A stretch of 64,000 bases of DNA from Octopus sinensis. Taxonomy: Eukaryota. Below the pieces are notes generated by a model. It did not search any database, was not told where the DNA came from, and saw only the letters and a list, made by a program, of their open reading frames with translations. The DNA lies in assembly GCF_006345805.1 (NCBI RefSeq), contig NC_043003.1, positions 94,550,001-94,614,000 of the forward strand, read 5' to 3'. This document shows, one piece after another, positions 1 to 11,515 of the stretch; position 1 is the stretch's first letter; each line of letters begins with the position of its first letter. A program made the translations under genes and the position numbers.

Positions 1-237
1 ATATATGATGGGCTTCTTTCAGTTTCTGTCTACCGTATCCCCTCACAAGGCATTGGTCAGCCCAAGGTGATAGAAGACACTTGTCCAAGGTACCACTCAG
101 TGGGACTGAACCATGTGCTTGGAAAGCAAGCTTCTTACCACACAGCCACACCAATGCCAAATGTCAAAATATTTACGAGTACCCTTTCTCCTTTCTCCTT
201 TTCTGTTTCATTTTCTTCCTTCTTTTTTTTTGCAAAT

Positions 238-715
238 TTAACCCTTTATCATTCAGATTATTCTGTCACATGTAAGGCTTGTATATATTGTTTTGCATTA
301 GTTATGCATTATCTCCTAGCTTTGAGATTTCATTGATGTGATTGTTTATTTTCAAAATGACATAGTAGGATTTTTAGAATGAGAAGCCAGAACTAGCCAA
401 TTTGAATATGAAACTGGTAGAATATTTGGGTTTAATATGGCTATATTAAATGCTATGAAGGCGGCGAGCTGGCAGAACCGTTAGCACGCCAGGTGAAATG
501 CGTAGCCGTATTTTGTCTACCGTTACGTTCCGAGTTCAAATTCCGCCGAGGTCGACTTTGCCTTTCATCCTTTACGGGCTCGATAAATTAAGTACCAGTT
601 ACGCACTGGAGTCGTTATAATCGACTTAAATTCGTTTGTCTGTCCTTGTTTGTCCCCTCTATGTTTAGCCCCTTGTGGGTAGTAAAGAAACATATATTAA
701 ATGCCAGAGGGTTAA
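238..715. mobile_element. piggyBac-type MITE with nested SINE
   Basis: TTAA-CCCTTT at 238-247 and AGGG-TTAA at 708-715, i.e. TTAA target sites with CCCT/AGGG termini. Confidence 0.6.
456..692 (+). mobile_element. tRNA-derived SINE family B (Meta-domain-like), full length
   Basis: Head GGCGGCGAGCTGGCAGAA, B-box GAGTTCAAATT, core GTCGACTTTGCCTTTCATCCTTT..GATAAATTAAGTACCAG. Flanked by direct repeat TATATTAAATGC (442-453 and 693-704). Confidence 0.85.
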
Positions 716-900
716 CTCTCTTGGGACACCCAGGCCAATTGATCAACTCAAGTGATATAAGATGAAAGGACTCTGGGGTTGATCCATGATAAAAAATACA
801 TTGTAAATGGTTGGTTTTGCAGTGTAATAGCCAATCAGAGATCATCTTTCAGTTCATTTTTTTTTATTCTTTTGTGTTTTTTTTCACAGAAATATCTATT

Positions 901-1104
901 CTTTTATTCTTTTGTTTCAGTCATTGGACTGCGGTCATGCTGCAGCACTACCTTTAGTCAAACAAATCGACCCTAGGACTTAATCTTTGTAAGCCTAGTA
1001 CTTATTCTATCAATCTCTTTTGCCGAACTGCTAAATTATAGTGACGTTAACACACCAACATTGGTTATCAAGTGGTGGTGGGGGACAAACACAGACACAC
1101 AAAC

Positions 1105-1136
<32 letters not shown>

Positions 1137-1293
1137 AACAGGCTTCTTTCAGTTTCAGTCTACCAAATCCACTCACAAGGCTTTGATCAGCCTGAGGCTA
1201 TAGTAGAAGACACCTGCCCAAGGTGCCATGCAGTGGGACTGAACCTGGAACCATTTGATTGGTTAACAAGCTATTTACCACACAGCCACTTAC
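901..1293 (-). mobile_element. tRNA-derived SINE family A (Deu/Nin-like core), full length
   Basis: Minus-strand GTGGCTGTGTGGTAA head, GGTTCAGTCCC B-box, CCTTGGGCAG.TGTCTTCTACTATAGCCTC core, internal (TA)n/(TG)n, tail ending ACTGAAACAAAAGAATAAAAG. About 20 more copies, for example 8-150, 13340-13750, 16740-16955, 24880-25245, 32120-32500, 37995-38200, 49020-49200, 52060-52560 and 53540-54085. Confidence 0.85.
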
Positions 1294-1354
1294 CTGTATT
1301 GTGTTGTTTTAGGTTTTCTTATTGTGATATATGTATCGTACCGGTTATAAACTT

Positions 1355-1590
1355 TATGGCATGTAAAAAGCACCATCCAACCATGGCCGTTTGCCAGCCC
1401 TGTCTGGCACGTAAAAAGCACCCCTACACTCACGGAGTGGTTGGCGTTAGGAAGGGCATCCAGCCATAGAAACATTGCCAGATCAGACTGGGCCTGGTGC
1501 AGCCTTCTGGCTTCCCAGACCCTAGTTGAACCGTCCAACCCATGCTAGCATGGAAAGCAGACGCTAAATGATGATGAGGATGATGATGAT
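1355..1590 (+). mobile_element. RTE-type 3' tail / SINE tail family D ending in (GAT)n
   Basis: GGAGTGGTTGGCGTTAGGAAGGGCATCCAGC...AACCCATGCTAGCATGGAAA..(GAT)n. Similar copies at 11755-11925, 18580-18750, 39470-39690, 50540-50730 and 52780-53020. Confidence 0.7.
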
Positions 1591-2506
1591 GATATATATA
1601 TATAATTTTACATACAAAGTAGTTTTAGGCACTTTTTCTTTTGTTTTCTACATGCACCCATCAATTTCAAAACACAGAAAAGAATTTTGCTCTTTTTGGC
1701 TACACATACCAAAACACTGTGTACTTCAAAAGGGTTAAAGCTTGTGTGTTTGTGTAATTGTGCATGTGTATGTGTGTTTGTGTGTGAGCATGTATGTGTG
1801 TGCATGTGCAACAGAAGAAGTTTTATTTACAAACTCCCTTCTTTCTCCGCTATACGATTCATTCTCTGTGTCTCTGCCCTGAGTGCCATTGAAGATCACA
1901 TGTATATATATGTGTACGTGTATTTGTGTGTGTCTCTTTCTGTGTGAGTGTATGTATGAGTGTGTACATATGAGTGTATGTACGAGTATGTATATATGAA
2001 CTTCCAATTGCAAGCTCTTCTTTTTCTTGACATGATTTGACAAGGTGAATGATGTTTGTAAACAAGACACTCTTCCATATGGTGTCATTTGTATCCAGTT
2101 TTCCACGTAAATATGTCTAGGCTCTTCTTACCATACAGTCACTCCTAATTATCAATACACAAACTAAGAAATAAAATAAAAACAAAAATAATTTTTTGTT
2201 CCAATTTTTTTTTAATATTTTGTTTTTTATTTCATTTTCTTCTTCTTCTTCTTCTTCTTTCTTCTTCTTCTTCTTCTTCTTCTTCTTCTTCTTCTTCTTC
2301 TCCTTATTATTATTATTATTATTATTATTATGTTTTTTCCTTCTTTCTTCAAATTTTCTTCCGTTTCTCGCCGAGTGTCTTCCATACACCTAGGGCAGAG
2401 AAGCTCATTGTATGCATTCCCAGATTACACACGCAAATTCACAGATAAAATATGTATTTAAAAATTAATAAATAAATAAATTCATGGATGGATGTTGTTT
2501 TCACAG

Positions 2507-2574
2507 CAATAATGCTCTTCTCAGTACATGAGCCGTTCCAGTTAATACGATTGTTTGCACTTCCTGTAGGGATG
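2507..2574 (+). CDS. candidate internal exon (phase 1 to 0), xIMLFSVHEPFQLIRLFALPVGM
   Basis: Acceptor tgttgttttcacag, donor ATG|GTAAGC, one open frame. No homology recognised. Confidence 0.25.
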
Positions 2575-2651
2575 GTAAGCCTGGAATCATTTTCAAATAG
2601 GTTTCAGTACTTTTTTTTTTATCATTCCTAGAGATGTTATTATTATTATTA

Positions 2652-2689
<38 letters not shown>

Positions 2690-2719
2690 TATTATTATTA
2701 TTATATTATTATTATTATT

Positions 2720-3190
2720 TAAGACGTCGCACAGTATCTAATATTGTGATGTTGCTGATTGAAGATATTGTGTGTACCAGGGTTTTATACTGTTTGTCAG
2801 GTCACAACAAGGACCTCAGACAGCAAGTACTTTACACAATATGCATGCTGTCCCAAGTAAAGCTGATTTTTGCATTAAATTGTAGGGTATTTCCAAAGCT
2901 TCCAGATGTTTTTTTCAGATTGGGTGGTACTGGACCCAATGCTCGAATGACAATAGGGATAACTTTTATGTTTGACTCTCATAGCAGCCACATTTTATCA
3001 ATCTCAATTCTCAGGTCTCCATATTTATCAATCTTTTCTCTTTCTTTCATTCATGATAATATGCTGATCTCCTGGCACTACCATGTCGATTATTAGGCCC
3101 TCTTGTTTGTCCTTCTTAAAGGTTACCACATCTGGCCTTCGGTGCTCTAACACCTTGTCTGTCTGGAACTCAAAGTCCAAGTGGCCTTTT
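2720..3190 (-). mobile_element. R4/Dong-like (restriction-like endonuclease) non-LTR retrotransposon 3' remnant
   Basis: Minus-strand translation DFEFQTDKVLEHRRPDVVTFKKDKQEGLIIDMVVPGDQHI, a PD-(D/E) RLE motif. The 3' end runs into an (AAT)n tract at 2640-2720. Confidence 0.8.
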
Positions 3191-3214
3191 GCTTTTCTCT
3201 TTTCATCCTCTCTT

Positions 3215-3620
3215 TTACTCTTTACTCTTTTACTTGTTTCAGTCATTTGACTGCGGCCATGCTGGAGCACCACCTTTAGTTGAGCAAATCGACCCTGGGA
3301 CTTATTCTTTGTAAGCCCAGTACTTATTCTATTGGTCTTTTTTGCCGAACTGCTAAGTGACGGGGACGTAAGCACACCAGCATCGGTTGTCAATCAATGC
3401 TAGGGAGACAAACACAAACACACAAACACACACACACACATATATATATATATACATATATACGACAGGCTTCTTTCAGTTTCCGTTTACCAAATCCACT
3501 CACACGGCATTGGTCGGCCCGGGGTTATAGCAGAAGGCACTTGCCCAAGATGCCATGCAGTGGGACTGAACCCGGAACCATGTGGTTGGTTAGCAAGCTA
3601 CTTACCACACAGCCACTGCT
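3215..3620 (-). mobile_element. SINE family A, full length
   Basis: Same head, core and tail as 901-1293, with tail (GAGTAAAA)n. Confidence 0.85.
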
Positions 3621-3909
3621 GCGCCTTTACCTTTTCCAACATTATTATTATCATTATTATCATTATTATTATTATTAAGGCAGTGAGCTGTCAGAATCAT
3701 TAGCATGCTGGATGAAATGGTTAGAGACATTTCACACAACGCTACGTTCTGAGTTCAAATTTCACCGAGGTCAACTTTGTCTTTCATCCTTTTGGGGTTG
3801 ATAAATTAAGTACCGGAGAAACACTGGGGTTAATGTAATCAACTAGTTCCCTCCCTCCAAATTTCAGGCTTTGTGCCTTCAATAGAAAAGATTATCATCA
3901 TCATCATCA

Positions 3910-3959
<50 letters not shown>

Positions 3960-4259
3960 GGCAGAAATATTCTTAGAGAAACATAGAGAAAAGAGTTTAT
4001 AGTAATTGCTTGTTATTTGGGTGACTGTATGATGCTTGAGAGTAAAGAAAAAAGGCTCATTTTGAGAGAGAAATTGCCAAGAGAGTTCTAGTGGCATTGT
4101 ATATGTTATATCTGATCAAAGACATAGAGTACTTAGGTGAGAAATTAAGAACATTGTGCTTCACAGAAGAGAAGATTAATGTGGAATTCATATTGAGAAA
4201 TGTTTGGTGTAAAGACAAACAGCTCTAATCATACCAGTAGGACAACAGCAAACAAACAG

Positions 4260-4401
4260 ATACAAATAATGGTAATAACAATGATGATGATGATGATGAC
4301 GATTACACTGACAATGACAATGATGGTTATGATGATGATGATCACACTGACAATGACAATGATGGTTATGATGATGATGACACAATGACGGTAACAATAG
4401 C

Positions 4402-4435
<34 letters not shown>

Positions 4436-4499
4436 ACACTGACAATGACAATGACAATGATGGTTATGATGATGATGACACAATGTCGGTAACAACAGC

Positions 4500-4540
<41 letters not shown>

Positions 4541-4620
4541 CGATGATGACAATGACGACGATGATGACAATAATGAATGTATTGATGATGATGATGACAA
4601 TCATAGTGGTGACAATGATC
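4260..4620. repeat. degenerate (GAT/GAC)n microsatellite with internal higher-order duplication
   Basis: Repeated block GATTACACTGACAATGACAATGATGGTTATGATGATGATG. Confidence 0.9.
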
Positions 4621-4816
4621 ATTAGACAAAATCGTTAGACAAAACGTTTACTGTCATTTCTTCCATCTCTATGTGCTGAGTTTAAATTCTACCAAGGGAA
4701 GCTTTGCCTTTCTTCCTTTCAAGATCGATAAAGTAGGTACCAGTCAAGCACTGGGGTTAATGTAATTGACCAGCCTCCTCCCCAAAAATTCAGGCTTTAT
4801 GCTCATAGCAGAAAGG

Positions 4817-4849
<33 letters not shown>

Positions 4850-4869
4850 TCCTCCTCCTTCTCCTCTTT

Positions 4870-6130
4870 ATCACAGGTTTTGTTGGAGCTCCTGGAGTCT
4901 TGCATGTATAGCAGGCTTACTAGCTGCAGCTTACAGCACCATGCTATCCATTCTTTTCAGTTATCTAATACTTCCCTGATTATTCTGGCCATGCCAAGGT
5001 GGCAAACCTTTTGTAATAGTTCTATTGGACACTTTATTCCAATTTCCTTTATATTCCTCTTGATGCATTCTGATAGTGTTCCCAAGGACCCAACATTAAT
5101 TGTTACTATCTTCATCTTCATTTTCCATGGCCAGGCTACTTTGTACATACGAGGATTGTATCTATCTACCTTTTCATCTTCCTTCTTGACAATTCATGGG
5201 TCAAAGATGCATGCAACATCAACCATATAGCATATGTGGTTCACCTTGTCCACCACCGCTAGGTCCGGTCTGTTATGCTCTTGTACCTGATCTGTTTGGA
5301 TTGGGAAATCCCAGAAGATTTTGCTGGTCTCTAATTCTGTCATTCTCTGCAGTCTGTGCTCATACCACGTCTTGCCTCTCTCTAGCCCCCACTTTTCACA
5401 GTTTCCAATGTAACACTTTCACTACCAGGTTGTGTTGCTACAACTTGTAGTGGTTTGGGGCAAGTCTAGGGCATTCATTCGTAGTATGAGCAATGGTTTC
5501 ATCCACTCTATTGCAGATGCAACACAGCGGAGACACTTGCTCATTCCTAAGGTTGACCTGCCAGCTGCTGGCCAAAGCTTGGTCCTGCACTGCCAGTATA
5601 GTGCTTTCTTGTTTCATTTTTGGGGGTTCCTTTCCTCAACCAATCCCATCTATTTTTTCCAGTAACTACATGAAATTGATCGTGGAGCCCTTTCTTGCAT
5701 AATTCTTCATGTCCTTTTTGTACTTTTTCCTTTGTTTTTCCTCATTTCACTGTTTTCAATACTTCTGTGTTCCTATCTGTCACTAGCAACTTTCTTTACT
5801 TTGGGCTAGATATCTCATTAAGCTCTCAAGTTCGATATGCATGCAGTCTTCCACATATATCAGCCCCCTTCCACCATTTGCTCTCTTCATGTATAGGTGA
5901 TCAGTATCTGCACATGGGTGATGGGCCCCAGACATCATTAGGAGTTTTCTTGACTTCCTGTCCATCTTCTTTAGCTCCACTTCTGTCTACTTCAGGATTC
6001 CAGCGACATAATGAACTACTACACACGAATTTATTGCCAAAATTATGTTTCTGGCATTCAAATTTGAAGACAGTTTTTTTCTCACTTACCACAGGTATTC
6101 TCTTTTTGTCTTTTCCTTCATGTTGTGGTG
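4870..6130 (-). mobile_element. R4/Dong-like LINE remnant (end of RT, CCHC knuckle, RLE region)
   Basis: Translations ELKKMDRKSRKLLMMSGAHHPCADTDHLYMKRANGGRGL, AVQDQAL..CCICNRVDETIAHTTNEC (C-x2-C-x7-H-x4-C) and KIVTINVGSLG..LLQKVCHLGMARIIREVL. Contains stops and frameshifts; (GAT)n tail. Confidence 0.85.
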
Positions 6131-6159
6131 TTTGATTCCATCTGCCTCAAGTATTCTCA

Positions 6160-6345
6160 TCCCCTCTCAATACCACCGATGTTATCCAAGGGAAAGGCAA
6201 AGGCTGTCACAGTTTGTCACTCCAGCTGAGTGAACTGGAGCAATGTGAAATAAAGTGTCTTGTTCAAGAAAATAACACAGAGCCCAGTCGGGAATCAAAC
6301 CCACTACCTCATGATTGTGAGCCCAATGCTCTAACTAGTGAGCCA
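6160..6345 (-). mobile_element. tRNA-derived SINE family C (CORE-like), partial
   Basis: Matches 17136-17474 (TTCTTGAACAAGACACTTTATTTCACATTGCTCCAGTTCACTCAGCTG). Other copies at 8115-8390, 12670-12880 and 49830-50070. Confidence 0.7.
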
Positions 6346-6366
6346 CAGATATGTGTGTGTGTGTGT

Positions 6367-6423
<57 letters not shown>

Positions 6424-6533
6424 CAAATGAAATAAAATGAAAAACAGGACACAAAGAATATATACACACACATACACACACATGCACACATACACATATG
6501 CGCATGCACACACACACAGAGACACACACACAT

Positions 6534-6576
<43 letters not shown>

Positions 6577-7576
6577 CACACACTTATATATGGTTTGATA
6601 AACGTGCTAAATTTCTGTCATCAGTCTGTATTAATGTAGGATGTAAATATCAGAGAGAAGATTGGAAGATTGATGCTATTTATCTATCTCATGTTCCTGT
6701 TGATATTTGTTCAGTGCAAGTATTCCTCTCACAATCAAACATGTGGCATCTCAGGAAATGACTTACTGCAAAGCCCCTAACTAACAATACCATTTAGCGC
6801 CAATTATGACAAAAAATAAGATTGTCGTGGGATGCAAGCAGAACAGGGAGAATTCAAACAATAAGTTATCTTTTCATCCTCAATACATTCTGGCCAATTC
6901 ATAAGTAAATATCTTATTCCTTTATTTTAATTTATTTTATCCCTTTCAACAATGTTTTCTTCAAAAACGATGGAATATTTATGACTAAAACCCCTTTGAT
7001 TAATCAGTAAAGAAGTGAAGCTAAGCAACTATAAAAGTAACAATATTAGCAGCAAATATAAGAAATATTTATGAAATATTAGCAACAACAGCAAAAAAAA
7101 TAATTAATTTGTAGCCTTAAGTATTTAGTAATTCACTGAAAAATCTTGTATTTGATGTCATGAAAATCTTATGAAGTGCTATCATCTACAATAAATCATG
7201 TAAATAATATATTATATGAAGCTGCTATTTTCATTTATAATTATGTTCACAGTACAGTACAACTTCCACTTTTTCCTTGTTTGTTTTTCTGCAATGCCTC
7301 TGAGAATATGCAGAATCTCTCAATCAGTTTACTTTCTCTCCTTTCCTTTTCATTTTTTTTTGTTGTTTTGTTTTGTTTTGCTCTTCATTCACAGATGTTG
7401 CATGTCATTTATAAAACGTTTTTTATTCCCAGGTGAGGATATAGGAATCAAATTATGTAGATTATTTACCAGGAAGTTAAACACTCTACTACACTATTCC
7501 AATTCTAATTTCTGTTAATAAATAAATAAATATATAAATATATAATATATAAATAAATAAATATATATATAATATA

Positions 7577-7611
<35 letters not shown>

Positions 7612-8399
7612 AGACATATACAAGCAGGAAGAAATTTCTCCACCTAAGACATTTCTACATCTATGTTAGAATATTTGAATCCATATCAAATAGAAAAATG
7701 CATCTTGCAATAATTAACTTTAGTAACCTACAGAGTAACGGAAATTTTCATCAAATGTGTTGCACTTCTCTTCTCTTTTTTTCTTTAAGTTTGAAATTTT
7801 AAAAGGATAAAACAGAGAGAAAAATGAACACTCTGAAATTTAAATTATACAGCAAAAATATTTATCAATTTTAATGTAAAGTTCAATTTCAGTTAGTTAT
7901 TTTTCAGTTATATCTTGAGAGGATCATTATGCTAATATTGGTAAACACATGTACAGGTTCTCTTTTGCTTATTTTTTTACTGATAGTCAACTAATTAGTT
8001 ATTTAACCAATTAGATACTCAACTGATTGACTGTTTCAATGTTTGATCAAATGATTGATTAGTTAATTGATTAAATGGTTAAGTAGCTGACTAATAATCA
8101 TTTCTACTATAAGTACAGTGAAGGCACATGACCTAATGGTTAGGTCATTGCATTCACAATTGCTAGATCATGGGATCAATTCCCTGATTGGGCAGTGCAT
8201 TGTGTTCTTGAGCAAAATGCTTCATTTCACATTGCTCCAGTTCCCTTTTTGATCAAGAAGGAACATTGGCCTGCTCACTTAGCCAGAGGGGCAGCATTAT
8301 TTGAAGGTCAAAACAACGTAAAACGCATTGTGACCAGTGATATGTAACAACATCTGATAGCCTGGTCGGTCACGTGATCATGTGTGACTATATGTACAA

Positions 8400-8815
8400 G
8401 GCTGAAATCTTGGAGGAAGGGCTAGTCAACTACATGGATCCCAGTGCTCAACTGGTACTTATTTCATCGACTCCAAAAGGATAAGAGGCAAAGTTGACCT
8501 CAGCAGAATTTGAATTCAGTGCACAAAGATGGAAGCAGTATTTTGTCCAGCATGCTAACAATCTTGCCAGCTCACCACATTAGTAATTGACAAATAATGA
8601 TGGTTTCAAATTTCAGTGCAAAGCCAGCAAGTTAGAGAAAGAGGATAAGTCAATTACATTGACCTCAAGCTCAAATGGTACTTATTTTATGAACCTCAAA
8701 AGGATGAAAGGTAAAGCCAACCACAGTGGAATTTGAACTCAGAATGTGATGCTTGACAAAATTCCACTAAGCATTTCGTCCAGCATGCTAACAATTTTGC
8801 CAGCATGCTGCCTTG
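8400..8815 (-). mobile_element. two adjacent SINE family B copies
   Basis: CTGGTACTTATTTCATCGAC..AAAGGAT..AGGCAAAGTTGACCTC..GAATTTGAA motif occurs twice. Similar clusters at 11930-12590, 45235-46080 and 56580-57015. Confidence 0.75.
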
Positions 8816-9353
8816 TCATTGAGTAATATTAATTAAAAAAAGTGAAATAGAGCCAGTGTATGCTTTTCTTTTTGGCATAATGACTCTCCTAAGATACATC
8901 AAAATCTTTTTCAGCAATAGTTTTTATTTTAAGAATCTTACAAACCAAAGACATAAACAAATATTTATTTTAAATTTTATTGTATTGTGACGAGAGCTTC
9001 ACTTTACAATGAGAATCTTAACATTTGCTTTAATTTGATTTCTTTTTTTCCCCCCACCATTTTAGAATTTAAAAACTGAAAAAATGTAAAACAAAATAAA
9101 AACCTAACAAATGAAAAGAGATAATTAGAAAAGTTTTGAATCACAATTTCCAACTTAATCTATGTCAGTTGATAATAATACAGTTAAGTCAGGTGAAATA
9201 CTGGATTTGAAGTTTAAGAGTTACATGACTAAGAAAGCTATGGGATCAAGTGATAGAGAAAGATCTGAGCCCCACAGACAAAATTACATTTGATAAACAC
9301 AAATGGAGATTAAATATCTGATAGAAATTGTTGATAAAATTATAATTTTTCAG

Positions 9354-9413
9354 ACTACTCACCTCATTTTAGTACTGGCATCAGTGAATTAATGGTTAAG
9401 ATTAGAAATACAG
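9354..9413 (+). CDS. candidate internal exon (60 nt, phase 1 to 1), xYSPHFSTGISELMVKIRNTx
   Basis: Acceptor taatttttcag, donor CAG|GTTAGT, only one open frame, non-repetitive context. Confidence 0.3.
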
Positions 9414-9646
9414 GTTAGTAGTAGAAAATCCAGCATTGGGGCATACAACACTATATGATGCCTGAAATTTAAGCAAATTGAATAGTGCAAATGTAAATAT
9501 CTTAAATATGCATTCTTAAGATGAGATTAATACAGAAATCTATATATGAATTACAACATTATCACAACACCATTTGAATGTCCTTGTTCTATAACGGCAT
9601 CAGTTGGATGGCTAGATGCCCTTCCTAATGCCAAACATGCATTTAC

Positions 9647-9679
<33 letters not shown>

Positions 9680-9904
9680 TATATATACCTTTAAATAATG
9701 AGGGAGATAAATTAAATATTAATTTAATTAATATCAATTTAAAACCAGTAGCCTAGCATACAAAAATCTGAAGAATCAGAGAAAATTCTAATACATGTGT
9801 ATATATTTAAAGGGCTAAAAACCACTACGTAGTCAGCCATATGCTAGAAGTCGATCACCTGCGATCAAACTACAAAGAAAAGAATGTTCTTTAGAGAAAA
9901 ATTC

Positions 9905-10327
9905 AGGAGGAGGTATGGCTGTGTGGTAAGAAATTTGCTTTCCAACCACAAGTTCTGGGACGAGTTGCACTGTGTGACAACTTGGGCAAATATCTTCAAC
10001 TAAAGCCTTGAGCTCACAAAAGCCTTATGAGTGGATTCGGTAGATGGAAACCAAAATAAGCCCATCATATATGCATCTATATATGTGTGTGTGAGCATGT
10101 ATTTGTGTCTGTGTTTGTTCCCCACTACTGCTTGAAAACTGGTGCTGGTGTGTTTATGTCCCCGTAACTTAGTGGTTTGGCAAAAGAGACCAATGGTGTA
10201 AGTACCAGGCTTTAAAGAAATAAGTACTGAGGAGCCAATACATTTGACTAAAACTTCTTCAAGACAGTGCCCCAGCATAGCTGCGGTCTAATGGCTGGTC
10301 TAATGACTGAAACAAGTAAAAGATAAA

Positions 10328-10330
<3 letters not shown>
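9905..10330 (+). mobile_element. SINE family A, full length
   Basis: GGTATGGCTGTGTGGTAAG head through ACTGAAACAAGTAAAAGA tail. Confidence 0.8.
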
Positions 10331-10375
<45 letters not shown>

Positions 10376-10639
10376 ATATCTGTAACAAAATTAGCTGCAC
10401 ATGTCCATTCATCTTCATAGATATATGCAAATATAATTTTGTTTGAGATTGGAGTTGAAGAGTACCTAATATTATTAAACAAGTAGAGATTATGTCATTT
10501 ACTCTATTAATAAGATGATGAAATTGGAATAATTATCAGCATTCCTACATAGCCCCCTGTTACACAAGAGGCTATGGAGTTGATAATCACAATCATTAAG
10601 ATCCAAATCAATTGATATATATATATATACATATATGTA

Positions 10640-11285
10640 TGTGGCTGTGTAGTAAAAGTCTTGCTTCCCAACCACATGGCTCCAGGTTCAGTCTCTCTAT
10701 AGCTTCAGGTTCACCAAAGCCACATAAGTAAGTTTGGTAGATGGAAACTGAAAGAAGCCCATTGTACACACACACACATAAATATATATGTATGTATGTA
10801 TATATATATATATATATCCATATATCTATGTGTGTGCATGTCTTTCTGCCTGTGTTTGTCACCCTATCATTGCTTGACAACTTGTGACGGTGTGTTTACA
10901 TCTGCATAACTTAGTAGTTCAGCGTAAGAGACTGATATAATAAGTACTAGGCTTAAAAAATAAGTCCTGGAGTCAAATTGTTTTACTAAAACCCTTCAAG
11001 GTGGTGCTCCAACATGGTCGCAGTCAAATGACTGAAACAAGTAAAAGAATAAAGGAATAAAAGGAAGAATATGATATTCTTTTATTTGTTTCAGTCATTT
11101 GACTGCGACCATGCTAGAGCACCGCCTTAGTCAAGCAAATCGACCTCAGGACTTATTCTTTGTAAGCCTAGTACTTATTCTATCGGTCTCTTTTGCCAAA
11201 CTAAGTTACAGGGATGTAAACACACCAGCATTGGTTGTCAAGCAATGCTGGAGGGACAAACACAGACACAAACATATACATGCAA

Positions 11286-11322
<37 letters not shown>

Positions 11323-11334
11323 ACACACACACAT

Positions 11335-11381
<47 letters not shown>

Positions 11382-11515
11382 GGCTTCTTCTAGTTTCCAT
11401 CTACCAAATCCACTCACAAGGCTTTGGTTGGCCCAAGGCTATAGTAGAAGAAACTTGTCCAAGGTGCCACACAGTGGGACTGAAGCCAGAACCATGTGGT
11501 GGGTAAGCAAGCTAC
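10640..11515. mobile_element. two SINE family A copies tail-to-tail (10640-11060 plus, 11080-11515 minus)
   Basis: Heads at both outer ends; the tails meet around 11060-11085. Confidence 0.8.

Noticed and set aside
257-271. 15-nt micro-exon with strong splice signals
   Set aside because: It lies inside the piggyBac-type MITE sequence.
9363-9461. Minus-strand 99-nt segment with strong acceptor and GTGAGT donor
   Set aside because: All three frames contain stops, so it could only be UTR. It also overlaps a better plus-strand candidate.
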